A DNA stretch of 64,000 bases, from positions 123,339 to 187,338 of the forward strand of contig JBBRLX010000005.1 in assembly GCA_038231135.1 (NCBI GenBank), given 5' to 3'. A program made the position numbers and the translations under genes. Source of the DNA: Candidatus Eiseniibacteriota bacterium. GTDB taxonomy: Bacteria > Eisenbacteria > RBG-16-71-46. The notes under the pieces were generated by a model. That model was not told the DNA's origin and made no database searches. It saw nothing but the letters and a program-made list of their open reading frames with translations. Below, piece by piece: positions 31,119 to 40,527 of the stretch (position 1 is the stretch's first letter; every line of letters begins with the position of its first letter).

Positions 31119-32399
31119 ATGAGGGTGCTCGCCGTCGCCATGGGCTCCCATGGGGACGTGCTGCCGATCCTCGCCGTGGGCCGCGCGGTCGTCGCGCGCG
31201 GGCACTCGTGCGGGGTCGTCGCCCACCCGTATTTCGTTCCCGAGGTCCACGCCGCGGGGCTCGAGGCGGTCCCGGTCACGACCGACGTGACCTACGAGTC
31301 GATCGTGCGGCAGCGCGACCTGTTCCACCGTTTCCGCGGCCCCACGGTGGTGGGACGCATGATCGAGGACGCGATGCCGTCGGTGATCGCGGCGCTGCGC
31401 GCGGAGATCGCCCGCCTGAGGCCCGATGTGCTGCTGGTCCATTACATCGTGTTCGGCGCGGCGTGGGTCGCCACGGTGGAGCGCATTCCGTCCGCGGTCG
31501 CGGTGCTGTCGCCCGCCGGCTGGCTGAGCGCTTCGGACCCGGTGCCGCTGATGCTCACCGCCGAGGGCCGGTGGCCGGCGGCGGCCGCCCGGCTCGGCAC
31601 GCGCGTGCTGCGGCCGCTGCTGCGGGCGGTCACCGATCCGTGGGTGAACCGCGTGCGTGTGCAGAACGGGTTCCCACGGTCGCGCGACAACCTGTGGCGG
31701 ATGTTCCGCGGGGGCGATGTGAACCTCGGGCTGTGGTCCACGGCATTCCGCCCGGCCATGCCGGACGATCCGCCCCAGAGTGCGATCTGCGGCTTCCCGT
31801 GGTGGGATGGTGGAGCGGAGGGCCGCGTCGACCCCGAACTCGAGGCGTTCCTCGCCGCCGGTGAGCCGCCGCTGGTGTTCACACTCGGCAGCGCGGCCGT
31901 GCACCACGCCGGCGACTTCTATCGCACCGCCGCGATCGCGTGCGAGCGTCTGGGGCGGCGCGGTGTGCTGCTCACCGGCGCCGACTACGCGCCGGCGACG
32001 CTGCCCGCCGGCGTGCGAGCATTCGCGTGGGCGCCGCATTCGTGGATCCTGCCGCGCGGCGCCGCCAGCATTCATCACGGCGGCATCGGTTCCACGGCGC
32101 AGGCGCTGCGCGCCGGACGGCCGCAGCTCGTGGTGGCGCTGGCGCACGACCAGTTCAATCACGGCATCCGGATCTCGCGGCTCGGCGTGGGCGGCATGCT
32201 GCCGCGGCACCAGCTCACGGCCGACCGGCTGACCCGCTCACTCGCCCGGATTCTCGACGATCCCGGGTGCGCTCGGCGCGCCCGGGAACTGGGAGTCCGG
32301 GTGGCCGCCGAGGATGGCGCCGTCGCGGCCGCCATCCGGCTGGAACGCCTTGCGAACATGGCAGCAAACGCGGTCAGCGATTGCGCCACAGCCACTTAG
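31119..32399 (+). CDS. GT1 family glycosyltransferase (rhamnosyl/sterol-glucosyl type)
   Basis: MGSHGDVLP, FTLGS, HHGGIGS, HDQF. Confidence 0.9.
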   Translation: MRVLAVAMGSHGDVLPILAVGRAVVARGHSCGVVAHPYFVPEVHAAGLEAVPVTTDVTYESIVRQRDLFHRFRGPTVVGRMIEDAMPSVIAALRAEIARLRPDVLLVHYIVFGAAWVATVERIPSAVAVLSPAGWLSASDPVPLMLTAEGRWPAAAARLGTRVLRPLLRAVTDPWVNRVRVQNGFPRSRDNLWRMFRGGDVNLGLWSTAFRPAMPDDPPQSAICGFPWWDGGAEGRVDPELEAFLAAGEPPLVFTLGSAAVHHAGDFYRTAAIACERLGRRGVLLTGADYAPATLPAGVRAFAWAPHSWILPRGAASIHHGGIGSTAQALRAGRPQLVVALAHDQFNHGIRISRLGVGGMLPRHQLTADRLTRSLARILDDPGCARRARELGVRVAAEDGAVAAAIRLERLANMAANAVSDCATAT

Positions 32400-32430
32400 C
32401 GGGCACCCCAACAGCCCTGCGCAATGCTTC

Positions 32431-32459
32431 TTGTATTTGACCCGACGAGTGCTGATACT
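32431..32459 (+). promoter_or_regulatory. Putative sigma70 promoter of csp copy 1
   Basis: TTGTAT-N17-GATACT; the same arrangement occurs before copy 2. Confidence 0.65.
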
Positions 32460-32554
32460 GCCCGCGTCTTCGGTTCATGTGGATGCGCTGTCTGCGAAGA
32501 GAACCGTCCCCAACGGTTCTTGGTGGAAGGGCCGTCACCAAGGAACGAAGCGAC

Positions 32555-32634
32555 CGGTCACAGTGACCGAACGCGGCCGTCGCGTGTTCAGGCGGTAATG
32601 GGGGCCGCTGGCCCCGGAGTTCAAGGAGTCTCAA
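32555..32634 (+). promoter_or_regulatory. Structured 5' leader of csp copy 1 (three hairpins)
   Basis: CGGTCA/TGACCG, GCCGTC/GGCGGT and GGGGCC/GGCCCC stems, conserved with the copy 2 leader. Confidence 0.6.
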
Positions 32635-32835
32635 GTGGCTCGTGGTACGGTGAAGTGGTTCAACGAGGCGAAGGGCTTTGGCTTTATCTCTCAGGAGAAC
32701 GGCGAGGACGTATTCGTTCACTTCTCCGCGATTCAGGGCGAAGGGTTCAAGACGCTTGCCGAGGGTGAAGCTCTCGAGTTCGACGTGACGCGCGGTCCGA
32801 AGGGACTGCAGGCGTCCAACGTGCGCAAGGTCTAA
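32635..32835 (+). CDS. Cold-shock protein
   Basis: [33 protein letters not shown] start. Confidence 0.97.
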   Translation: MARGTVKWFNEAKGFGFISQENGEDVFVHFSAIQGEGFKTLAEGEALEFDVTRGPKGLQASNVRKV

Positions 32836-32860
32836 GCGCCCGACGAACCGCATCACATAC

Positions 32861-32888
32861 ACGGGCGGCGTCCTTCGACGCCGCCCGT
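32861..32888 (+). terminator. Hairpin terminator after csp copy 1
   Basis: ACGGGCGGCGTC-CTTC-GACGCCGCCCGT. Confidence 0.7.
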
Positions 32889-33003
32889 TCGCGTTGGTAC
32901 GGCGCGTGAAGCACGCCATGCGCCGCGCGATGCGTCGTGCTAGGATTCCGCGCTGCATGCCGGCCGTGGACGCCGGCGACCGCTCGATCCGGAGGCTCGC
33001 CCG

Positions 33004-33150
33004 ATGCTGCTCGACGAAGTCGTTCTGGGACCGCTGCTGCAGAAGGTGTTCACGGTGTACGGAGTGTTCTGGATCGTCGCGCTTGTCGTGCTGTTCCTGG
33101 GCGTGGGCGCGCTGCTCAAGCGCTACGATCAGAGCGGCAAGGGGACCTGA
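33004..33150 (+). CDS. 48-aa single-pass membrane protein (absent from the ORF track)
   Basis: GGAGG at 32991; MLLDEVVLGPLLQKVFTVYGVFWIVALVVLFLGVGALLKRYDQSGKGT; GC3-rich codons. Confidence 0.7.
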   Translation: MLLDEVVLGPLLQKVFTVYGVFWIVALVVLFLGVGALLKRYDQSGKGT

Positions 33151-33196
33151 CGGGCGGGGTTCTCTCAGGCCACGCCCGGAAGCCCGGGCCAGGTCC

Positions 33197-34483
33197 CTAG
33201 GACAACGCTGTAGGAATCGCCGCCGTGAGCACTTCCGGCGCTCCGTCCGTGACGTGGACGTTGTCCTCGATGCGAATCCCACCGAACTCCAGGTGTTCGT
33301 CCACCCGCGCCCAGTTCACGGCGTCCTTGAACTCCGCGCGCCGGTCGGGATCGCGCAGCAGCGGCGGAATGAAGTAGATCCCCGGCTCGACCGTGATCGT
33401 ATAGCCCGGTTCGAGCGGCAGATCGGTGCGCAGGTTCTTGAGCCCCGGCCGCTCGCTGCGCACGCGGCCCGGCAGATAGCCGCCCGCGTCGCGCACGCCG
33501 AGTCCCACCAGGTGGCCCAGCCCGTGCGGGAAGAACAGCGCGTGGACGTCGCGGTCGACGAGATCCAACGGCTCGCCGCGCAAGAGCCCCAGGTCGACGA
33601 GACCCGCCGTCAGCTCGATCGCGGCGCGCAGGTGGACCTCACGCCACTCGGTGCCCGGCGTGCAACGGGCGACCGCGCGCTGCTCGACGCCGAGCACGAC
33701 CTGATACAGGTCGCGGAAGAAGCCGCGGTCGCCGCCCGGCGCCTGGTAGGTGCGTGTCACGTCGCTGGCGTAGCGTTGCACCTGGGCGCCCGCGTCGATC
33801 AGCACGGCGTCGCCGGGCTTCACCACTCGCGCGCCCGGCGAGAAATGCAGCACCGCCGAATCCGGACCTGTGCCCACGATCGTGCCGTATGCGGTGCAGT
33901 CACCGCCGGCGCGCAGGAATTCCGCCTCCAGCTCGATCTGGATCGCGCGCTCGGTGACGCCGGCGGCGATCATGCGCTGCGCCACCCCATAGCCCGCGGC
34001 GCTCGCGGCATTCGCGCGGCGCATGCGCCCCAATTCCACGGCGTCCTTGGGCCGCCGCACGTGCATCATCGTCTCGCGCAGCTCGGCCGCTCGCGCCGAT
34101 GGCGCCTGGCCCTCGATCGGCGAGCCCAGCACGACCACGTCGCGACCGCGGCGCGCGGCGAGCCAGTCGGCTAGCTGCGAGCGCGGCGTGCCCGGCGCGT
34201 CGCGGCGGCCTTCCCATACGCGCTCGGCCTCGGTCACCTCGGGCACGAAGTCGACCCAGCCGCTCGCCGGATCGAACGCGACCACCGCACCCGGGCATTC
34301 CATGTCGGCGAGCCAGAAGTATTCCGAGTGGGAGATGAATGGATACGTCTGGTCCGCGCCCCCCGGGATCGGGACGGGCTCGCCGGCGCCGACGAGCACG
34401 ACGGTGTCATCGAGCGCCCAGGCGGCGGCCACCCGTTCACGCCGGCGCGTGAGCGCGGCGGCAATTGCGGTCGGTGATTCCAT
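33197..34483 (-). CDS. pepP: Xaa-Pro aminopeptidase (M24B)
   Basis: AVLH, DAG..YASDVTRT, HGLGHLVGL, TVEPGIY, GGIRIED. Confidence 0.9.
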   Translation of the reverse strand: MESPTAIAAALTRRRERVAAAWALDDTVVLVGAGEPVPIPGGADQTYPFISHSEYFWLADMECPGAVVAFDPASGWVDFVPEVTEAERVWEGRRDAPGTPRSQLADWLAARRGRDVVVLGSPIEGQAPSARAAELRETMMHVRRPKDAVELGRMRRANAASAAGYGVAQRMIAAGVTERAIQIELEAEFLRAGGDCTAYGTIVGTGPDSAVLHFSPGARVVKPGDAVLIDAGAQVQRYASDVTRTYQAPGGDRGFFRDLYQVVLGVEQRAVARCTPGTEWREVHLRAAIELTAGLVDLGLLRGEPLDLVDRDVHALFFPHGLGHLVGLGVRDAGGYLPGRVRSERPGLKNLRTDLPLEPGYTITVEPGIYFIPPLLRDPDRRAEFKDAVNWARVDEHLEFGGIRIEDNVHVTDGAPEVLTAAIPTALS

Positions 34484-34487
34484 GCGC

Positions 34488-35039
34488 TCAGCTCGCGGTG
34501 GCGGATGCCTTGAGCCGTGCCGAGAATTTCTGGCGCAGCTTGGCGAGCTTGGGCGAGATCATGACCTGGCAATACGACTGGTTCGAGTTGTTGCGGTAGT
34601 AGCCCTGATGATGTTCTTCGGCGGCGTAGAACTCCGTAAACGGCGCCAGCTCCGTGACCACCGGCCGGCTCCAGGTGCCGGCCGCCGTGAGTTCGGCGAT
34701 CACCTCGGCCGCGGTGGCCCGCTGCTCGGGCGAATGGAACAGGATCACGGACCGATACTGCGATCCAACGTCCGGCCCCTGGCGATCCTGCGTCGTGGGA
34801 TCGTGGAACGCGAAGAAGATCTCGAGCAGGTCCCGATACGGGATCCGCGCCGGATCGAACGTGATCTGAATCACCTCCGCATGGCCCGTCCTGCCGCCAC
34901 ACACGTCGTCATAGGACGGATTCTTCTTTGCTCCCCCTGCGAACCCCGACTCCACCCGCTCCACGCCCTCGAGCGGCTCGATCACCGCCTCCAGGCACCA
35001 GAAACATCCGCCACCCAGGGTGGCCAGTTCGCTGCTCAT
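34488..35039 (-). CDS. msrA: Peptide-methionine (S)-S-oxide reductase
   Basis: GGGCFWC, TGHAE, HDPT, QYRS, AEEHHQ. Confidence 0.96.
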   Translation of the reverse strand: MSSELATLGGGCFWCLEAVIEPLEGVERVESGFAGGAKKNPSYDDVCGGRTGHAEVIQITFDPARIPYRDLLEIFFAFHDPTTQDRQGPDVGSQYRSVILFHSPEQRATAAEVIAELTAAGTWSRPVVTELAPFTEFYAAEEHHQGYYRNNSNQSYCQVMISPKLAKLRQKFSARLKASATAS

Positions 35040-35232
35040 GGATTCCTCCGATCGCGGCCGTTGATTCCGTAGGAAGATACCGGATTTGGCGCGCGGTGTG
35101 ACGGGTGCTGAAGGACCGGCGGGGCCGTGGCTGGTCGGTGGGGTGCGGCTGGGCCGGCCGCTCGTAACCGGGGGCAGGTAGCCATTCCCACCGCCGAAAC
35201 GAACGGCCGGGCAGGGCGCCCGGCCGTCCAAA

Positions 35233-35250
35233 GACTCCCCTTCGGGGGTC
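35233..35250 (-). terminator. Hairpin downstream of the 35253 gene fragment
   Basis: GACTCCCC-TTC-GGGGGTC. Confidence 0.45.
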
Positions 35251-35252
35251 AT

Positions 35253-35345
35253 CTACATCAGCAGCGTCCCCGTACGGAGCAGGTAAGCGAGCCGCGAGCG
35301 TTGCTCCGGCTGGAGCAGCGCGTGGATGCGTTCGAGCGCGCCGCT
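35253..35345 (-). pseudogene. 3' remnant resembling the C-terminus of Spy/CpxP (LTxxQ)-like proteins
   Basis: ALERIHALLQPEQRSRLAYLLRTGTLLM*; the upstream in-frame sequence does not look coding. Confidence 0.45.
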
Positions 35346-35556
35346 GGAACATTGCCGCACATATCTCGAGATCATGGATGGCGTAGCTGCCAATATCTGG
35401 AGCGGGCCGCCCAAAGTGGTCGTCGCATTTCCGAAGAGGCTCGATGACGACGTGCGCGAGCGGATGACGAGATGATCGTAGCATCGCGATCGGAGTCCAA
35501 GCGCATTCCGGTAAGGAAGCATCGACAACGCAGTCGATGTTGCGGCAAGAACCCGC

Positions 35557-36351
35557 TTACGCCGCCTTCCGCACCTGCTTCAGCAGCTCGTGATGGTGAT
35601 GCGTCTTCACCACGGTTGCCGCGCAGTGGTCGGCGAATGCCTCGAGCATCCGGGCGTGCAGCTCGCCGAACGGCTCTCCCGATGTGCGGCTCACGCTGAC
35701 GATGCCGATCGGCGTGCCGCGGAACCGCATGGGCACGCAAAGCGCGGCGGCGATCGTACGGCCCTGCTTCACCTCGTCGGCGAATCGCCGGCGCATCACC
35801 TCGGGGGTGAGATTCAGCGTCTCGCAGTTCTGGAACACGATGCCGGCAATGCCTTCGCCTGGCTTCACCGCGCCCCCGAAGATCAGCCCGGAGTCGACGC
35901 CGGCGGTCGCCTGCACCTCGAGCATGCCGGTCTCGGGATTGTGCAGCATGATCGACGACTGGTGGGCATCGAGGCACGGCAGCAGGCGCTGCGTGGCGAG
36001 CTCGAGCATGCCCTGCAGATCGAGCCGCAACTGGAGCTGCGTGCTGATGTCGAACAGGAACGACAACTCCGAGAACCGCGCCTGCACGGTGGCCTCGCGG
36101 ATCGCGAGCTCGTGGACACGCGCCTCCATGACCGCGAGCTGGCGGTGCTTGAGCTGGGCGTAGAGCACGAAGATCGCGATCAGGCCCGACAGGCCGACGA
36201 GCGTCGGCCAGCGATGATGGAAGTCGAACGCCGCGCCCTCGCTGGTCCAGCTCACAACCACAAGGGTGGCGCACAGGGCGGCGAGCAGCAGCCCGGCGAG
36301 CGCGGTCATGCGCCCGCGTTGCTGCGTCACCTGCTGGTAGTCGTGGGTCAT
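35557..36351 (-). CDS. Membrane protein with C-terminal GAF domain
   Basis: Two TM helices, coiled coil, GEGIAG, LCVPM...IGIV. Confidence 0.8.
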   Translation of the reverse strand: MTHDYQQVTQQRGRMTALAGLLLAALCATLVVVSWTSEGAAFDFHHRWPTLVGLSGLIAIFVLYAQLKHRQLAVMEARVHELAIREATVQARFSELSFLFDISTQLQLRLDLQGMLELATQRLLPCLDAHQSSIMLHNPETGMLEVQATAGVDSGLIFGGAVKPGEGIAGIVFQNCETLNLTPEVMRRRFADEVKQGRTIAAALCVPMRFRGTPIGIVSVSRTSGEPFGELHARMLEAFADHCAATVVKTHHHHELLKQVRKAA

Positions 36352-36449
36352 CGCGGCTCTCCGTGGGAATACGGCATGCGCTTCGGTTTTCGGCCGGATG
36401 CCGGGGCATCTTGAGGGCTGGCGGGCACGGCCTCATACTGCCGCGCCTC

Positions 36450-37544
36450 ATGCTCCGGCCCCCGATTGCGCTCCCGACCCGTGCCTCGCTGTTCGACCCG
36501 CTCACGCTGCGGTCCGTCACGCTGCGCAACCGGATCGTGGTGGCGCCGATGTCCCAGTATTCCTCGGATGACGGCTTCGCCACGCCCTGGCACCTGGTCC
36601 ACCTGGGCAGCCGCGCCGTAGGCGGCGCGGGGGCGGTGATCACCGAGGCCACGGCCGTGGCGGTCGATGGGCGGATTTCCCCATACGATCTGGGGATCTG
36701 GAAGGACGAGCACATCCCGGGTCTGGCCGGGATCGTGGAGTTCCTGGAGCAGCACGGCGCGGTCCCGGGGATCCAGCTCGCGCACTCCGGGCGCAAGGGC
36801 AGCACGAAACGGCCCTGGCAGGGCTCGGGCGCCGTGGACCTGGACGACGGCGGCTGGACGCCGGTGGGCCCGACTCCGGAGGCGTTTTCGTCCACCTATC
36901 CAATCCCCGAGGCGCTGTCCGACACCGGGGTCATGCGCATCGTCGAGGCGTTCCGGGCCGCGGCGGTGCGTGCGCGGCGCGCGGGCTTCCGGCTCGCGGA
37001 GATCCACGCCGCACACGGCTACGTGCTCCACCAGTTCTTGTCGCCGCTGGTCAACGCCCGCACCGACCGGTGGGGCGGGCCGTTCGAGAACCGCGTGCGG
37101 CTGGCGCTCGAGGTGACGCGCGCGGTGCGGGCAGTGTGGCCGCAGGAGCTGCCGCTGTGGCTGCGCGTGTCGGCGACCGACTGGGCGGAGGGCGGCTGGG
37201 ACCTGGAACAGACGATCCAGCTCGCGAAGCTCGTCCGCGGCGAGGGCGTGGATCTCGTCGATTGCTCGAGCGGTGGGGCGGTGGCACACCAGCAGATCAC
37301 GACCGGCCCCGGCTATCAGGTGACGTTCGCCGGCTCGATCCGCCGCGAGGCGGGCGTCCGCACCGGCGCCGTCGGCCTGATCACCGAGCCCGCACAGGCG
37401 CAGGCCGTGCTGCAGAACGGCGACGCCGACGTGGTGTTGCTGGCTCGCGAGTCGCTGCGCGACCCCTACTGGCCGCTGCACGCGGCGCAGGCGCTGGGAG
37501 CGCCGGCGCCGTGGCCGTCGCAGTATTTGCGCGCGAAGCCGTAG
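36450..37544 (+). CDS. NADH:flavin oxidoreductase (Old Yellow Enzyme, YqjM/NamA-like)
   Basis: NRIVVAPM, QLAHSGRK, HAAHGY.LHQFLSP, RESLRDPYWP. Confidence 0.93.
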   Translation: MLRPPIALPTRASLFDPLTLRSVTLRNRIVVAPMSQYSSDDGFATPWHLVHLGSRAVGGAGAVITEATAVAVDGRISPYDLGIWKDEHIPGLAGIVEFLEQHGAVPGIQLAHSGRKGSTKRPWQGSGAVDLDDGGWTPVGPTPEAFSSTYPIPEALSDTGVMRIVEAFRAAAVRARRAGFRLAEIHAAHGYVLHQFLSPLVNARTDRWGGPFENRVRLALEVTRAVRAVWPQELPLWLRVSATDWAEGGWDLEQTIQLAKLVRGEGVDLVDCSSGGAVAHQQITTGPGYQVTFAGSIRREAGVRTGAVGLITEPAQAQAVLQNGDADVVLLARESLRDPYWPLHAAQALGAPAPWPSQYLRAKP

Positions 37545-37548
37545 ACCT

Positions 37549-37570
37549 CAACCGTCCCCGGGGACGGTTG
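37549..37570. terminator. Bidirectional hairpin between convergent genes
   Basis: CAACCGTCC-CCGG-GGACGGTTG. Confidence 0.6.
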
Positions 37571-37590
37571 CATCGTCGCCGCCCTTAGCC

Positions 37591-39072
37591 TCACTCCCCG
37601 CGCGCCAGCTCCCGCAGCCGCTCCATCAGTCGCACCAGCGCCCAGGTGTCGCGCTCGACGTAGCGATCGAGTGCCGCCGCGAGCTGCTCGCGGTCGTGGG
37701 GCTCGAGCCGGTCGCCGTCGAGCAGCAGGCGCTTGAGCTGGACGCTCGCGATGCCGCCGTCGCGGATCTCCAGGTCGGCGTAACCCAGATCGGGCACCAG
37801 CGGCGTGAGCACGGATTTGAGGCTGAAGCTGCCGCGAAACTCGGGGTGGTAGACGAACTCGCGCAGCACCGGCAATGGATCGCGCAGCCGCAGCGCGATC
37901 GCACGCAGCTCGTCGGCGCGCTCGGGCGCCGCGAGCGCCAGCGTCTCGAGGCAGTTGGCCTCGAAGTTCGAGAAGTAGGCGACCACGGTGTTCGCGCCCC
38001 TGCAGGCGTCGGCGACGCGGTGCGCCAGCTCGGGTCGCGGGTCGCCGGGGCCCGACGCCAGCCAGTGATGGTGCGCGATCGCGCCGTCGGGGCCGTCGAC
38101 GTGGCAGCTGAACTGCACGGGCGTCTTGGAATAGGGACGGCAGCCCGGCCACGCCGGGATGGCGGGATCGACGGTCTCGAAATCCAGATAGGCGAGCGGG
38201 GGCACGAACACTTCGAGCGCCGCGGCCAGCCCGGGTTCCACGACGAGTTGACCAGTCTGCACGGCACGGCGCTGGCGTTCGGCGATCGAGTTGAGGTCGA
38301 GGCCCGCGGGCAGGTCGTGGATCGTCGAATACCCCGCGGCCTCGAGGTCGGCGAGCTTGCCGTGGCTCTGGTACAGCGACAGGATCGCGTGCGGCAGCGC
38401 GGGCGGCCAGCAGCGCTTGAACGGACAGGTGCGCGGGTCGTCGCAGTGCGGGCCGATCGCCACCTGCGGCAGCGGCCCACCCAGCGCCACGTGCATCGCG
38501 CGGATGCGCGGCGGCAGCGCCATCACGCGCTCGGCGATCGCCGCCGTCACGTCCTCGACCACGAACAGGTTGCTCAGGTCGGGGTGGAAGCAGTCTCGAT
38601 TCAGATGGATCACGGCGACGCGGCGCACGTCGATGCCGCTCGCGTCGATCACGTGCTTCTGCACGGCCAGGTCCTCGAGGTGGCCGCGCTTCACGCTCAG
38701 CGAGCTGCGCACGGCGGTGAGCGCGAACCCGCGCTCGAGCCGCTCCAGGATGTCGGCCTGCACGTACACCCCGTCGGCGACGAACGCGGCCTGGTACAGC
38801 ACCCGAGCGCCCGACTCGAGCGCGGCCCCGGTGGCGCGTGCGCGCTCGGGCCAGCTCGCATGCGGCAGGTCGATGCGCACGCCGCCCGGGACGAGCCCGC
38901 GGGCGCGCTCGGTGACGTGGCGCGCCTCTTCGAACGTCCATTCGAGGCCCGCCACGCGCGTGAGCTCGGGGGCGCCGGCATCGTGAACGCGCCACCACAA
39001 CTGGCGCGGGCACTGGAGGCCCTGCAACACGCGCAGCCGCGACAGCGGCGCGGCGCCGTTGCTGTCAGCCAC
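37591..39072 (-). CDS. DUF2779-type protein (nuclease-like N-terminus, RNase H-like C-terminus)
   Basis: GLQCPRQLW, YLDFET, PVQFS.H, YHPEFRGSFSLKSV, Y.ERDT. Confidence 0.8.
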   Translation of the reverse strand: MADSNGAAPLSRLRVLQGLQCPRQLWWRVHDAGAPELTRVAGLEWTFEEARHVTERARGLVPGGVRIDLPHASWPERARATGAALESGARVLYQAAFVADGVYVQADILERLERGFALTAVRSSLSVKRGHLEDLAVQKHVIDASGIDVRRVAVIHLNRDCFHPDLSNLFVVEDVTAAIAERVMALPPRIRAMHVALGGPLPQVAIGPHCDDPRTCPFKRCWPPALPHAILSLYQSHGKLADLEAAGYSTIHDLPAGLDLNSIAERQRRAVQTGQLVVEPGLAAALEVFVPPLAYLDFETVDPAIPAWPGCRPYSKTPVQFSCHVDGPDGAIAHHHWLASGPGDPRPELAHRVADACRGANTVVAYFSNFEANCLETLALAAPERADELRAIALRLRDPLPVLREFVYHPEFRGSFSLKSVLTPLVPDLGYADLEIRDGGIASVQLKRLLLDGDRLEPHDREQLAAALDRYVERDTWALVRLMERLRELARGE

Positions 39073-40414
39073 CGAGCGCCGACACGTCGGCGGGATCGGC
39101 GAGCGTGCCCTTGTTGAAGTTTACGTAGTCCTCGGTGAGGTCGGCGGCGTACATCACGGCACCATGGCGCCCGAGGTGCAGGTGCACGTGCAGGTCGAAC
39201 TCCACGGGCTGGACGGCATGCCAAAGCGCTTCGAACGGCACCGTCGTCGGCTGGCCACGCCTGAGCGACCACAGCACGTCACGGCCGCCGGGCGCCGAAT
39301 AGCCGATGTCGACGCGCGCCTCCGCGACGCGTGCGGCACTGTAGCCGGCGGCATCGAGGATGCGGCCCCAGTTGGGGTCACCGCCATGCCAGCTGGTCTT
39401 GACGAGCGCGCTGTTCGCGATCGCGCGGGCCGCGGCGTCGGCGTCGGCGTAGGAGCGCGCGCCGTGCACGCGCACCGTGACCACGCGATGCACGCCCTCG
39501 CCGTCGCGCACGATCATCAGCGCCAGCTCGAGGCACACCCGCGCCAGCGCCCGGGCGAACTCCGGGTAGCCCGGCGCGCGAGTGGAGCCGATGCGCGCGT
39601 TGCCGGCACGGCCGTTCGCCAGCACCAGCACCGTGTCGTTGGTGCTCATGTCGCCATCGACCGTGATGCGATTGAAGCTCGATGCCACGGCGTCGCGCAG
39701 CGCCGCGCGCAGCGGGGCCGCGGCGATCGCGGCGTCGGTGGTGACGAAGCACAGCATCGTGGCGTGGAGCCCGTCCGCGCGCGGCGCCGCCGCGGGGCGC
39801 CGGCCGGTGGCGCTCATGCCCGGCTGGATCATGCCCGCGCCCTTGCACATGCCGCCGATGCGCACGCGCGCCGCGCGCGGGCCGTACTCGCATGCGATCT
39901 GCTTGCGGCGGGTGTCGCTCGTGAGGATCGCCTCGGCCGCGGCATCACCGTGCGCGGCGTCGCCGCCCAGCGCGGCCATCGCGGCGCCGATGCCGGCGGC
40001 GACGCGATCCATCGGCAGCGTCACGCCGATGCGCCCTGTGGACGCCGCGAGCACCTGATCGGGCTCGACGCCGAGCCGGACCGCGGCGAGCCGCGTCATC
40101 TCGCGGGCGGCGGCGGCGCCGGTGCGGCCGGTGCAGGCGTTCGCGTTGCCGGAATTCACGACGATCGCCCGGGCCCTGCCGTCCTTCACGCGTTCGACAC
40201 ACAGCCGCACCGGCGCCGCGCACACCTGGTTCGTGGTGAACATGCCCGCCACCGTGGCCGGATGATCCGACACGATCAGCGCCAGATCGGGCTTGTCACC
40301 CTTGTCCGAGCCCGAGCCGGTGCCGAGCCGCTTGATGTCGCAGAACACGCCCGCCGCTCGGAAGCCGCGCGGGGCCACGACCGAACCGGGAACGAACTCG
40401 AGCGGGGACGCCAT
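39065..40414 (-). CDS. argJ: Bifunctional ornithine acetyltransferase / N-acetylglutamate synthase
   Basis: NSGNANACTG, KGAGMI, ATML, DGDMSTND, DGEG, DPNWGR. Confidence 0.96.
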   Translation of the reverse strand: MASPLEFVPGSVVAPRGFRAAGVFCDIKRLGTGSGSDKGDKPDLALIVSDHPATVAGMFTTNQVCAAPVRLCVERVKDGRARAIVVNSGNANACTGRTGAAAAREMTRLAAVRLGVEPDQVLAASTGRIGVTLPMDRVAAGIGAAMAALGGDAAHGDAAAEAILTSDTRRKQIACEYGPRAARVRIGGMCKGAGMIQPGMSATGRRPAAAPRADGLHATMLCFVTTDAAIAAAPLRAALRDAVASSFNRITVDGDMSTNDTVLVLANGRAGNARIGSTRAPGYPEFARALARVCLELALMIVRDGEGVHRVVTVRVHGARSYADADAAARAIANSALVKTSWHGGDPNWGRILDAAGYSAARVAEARVDIGYSAPGGRDVLWSLRRGQPTTVPFEALWHAVQPVEFDLHVHLHLGRHGAVMYAADLTEDYVNFNKGTLADPADVSALGG

Positions 40415-40527
40415 CGGGGAATCGTTGCCTCCAGAGCGTGAGCGTGAGCCGCGCAGTGCCGACGGAACAATACCCGAGTTCACGCGCGCACGGCAGGCGT
40501 GCATACTCGCCGCCCAGGAGGTTCCGA

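Noticed and set aside
37591..39072. DUF2779 protein as a Cas4/defence locus
   Set aside because: It stands alone next to argJ, with no repeats or defence neighbours.
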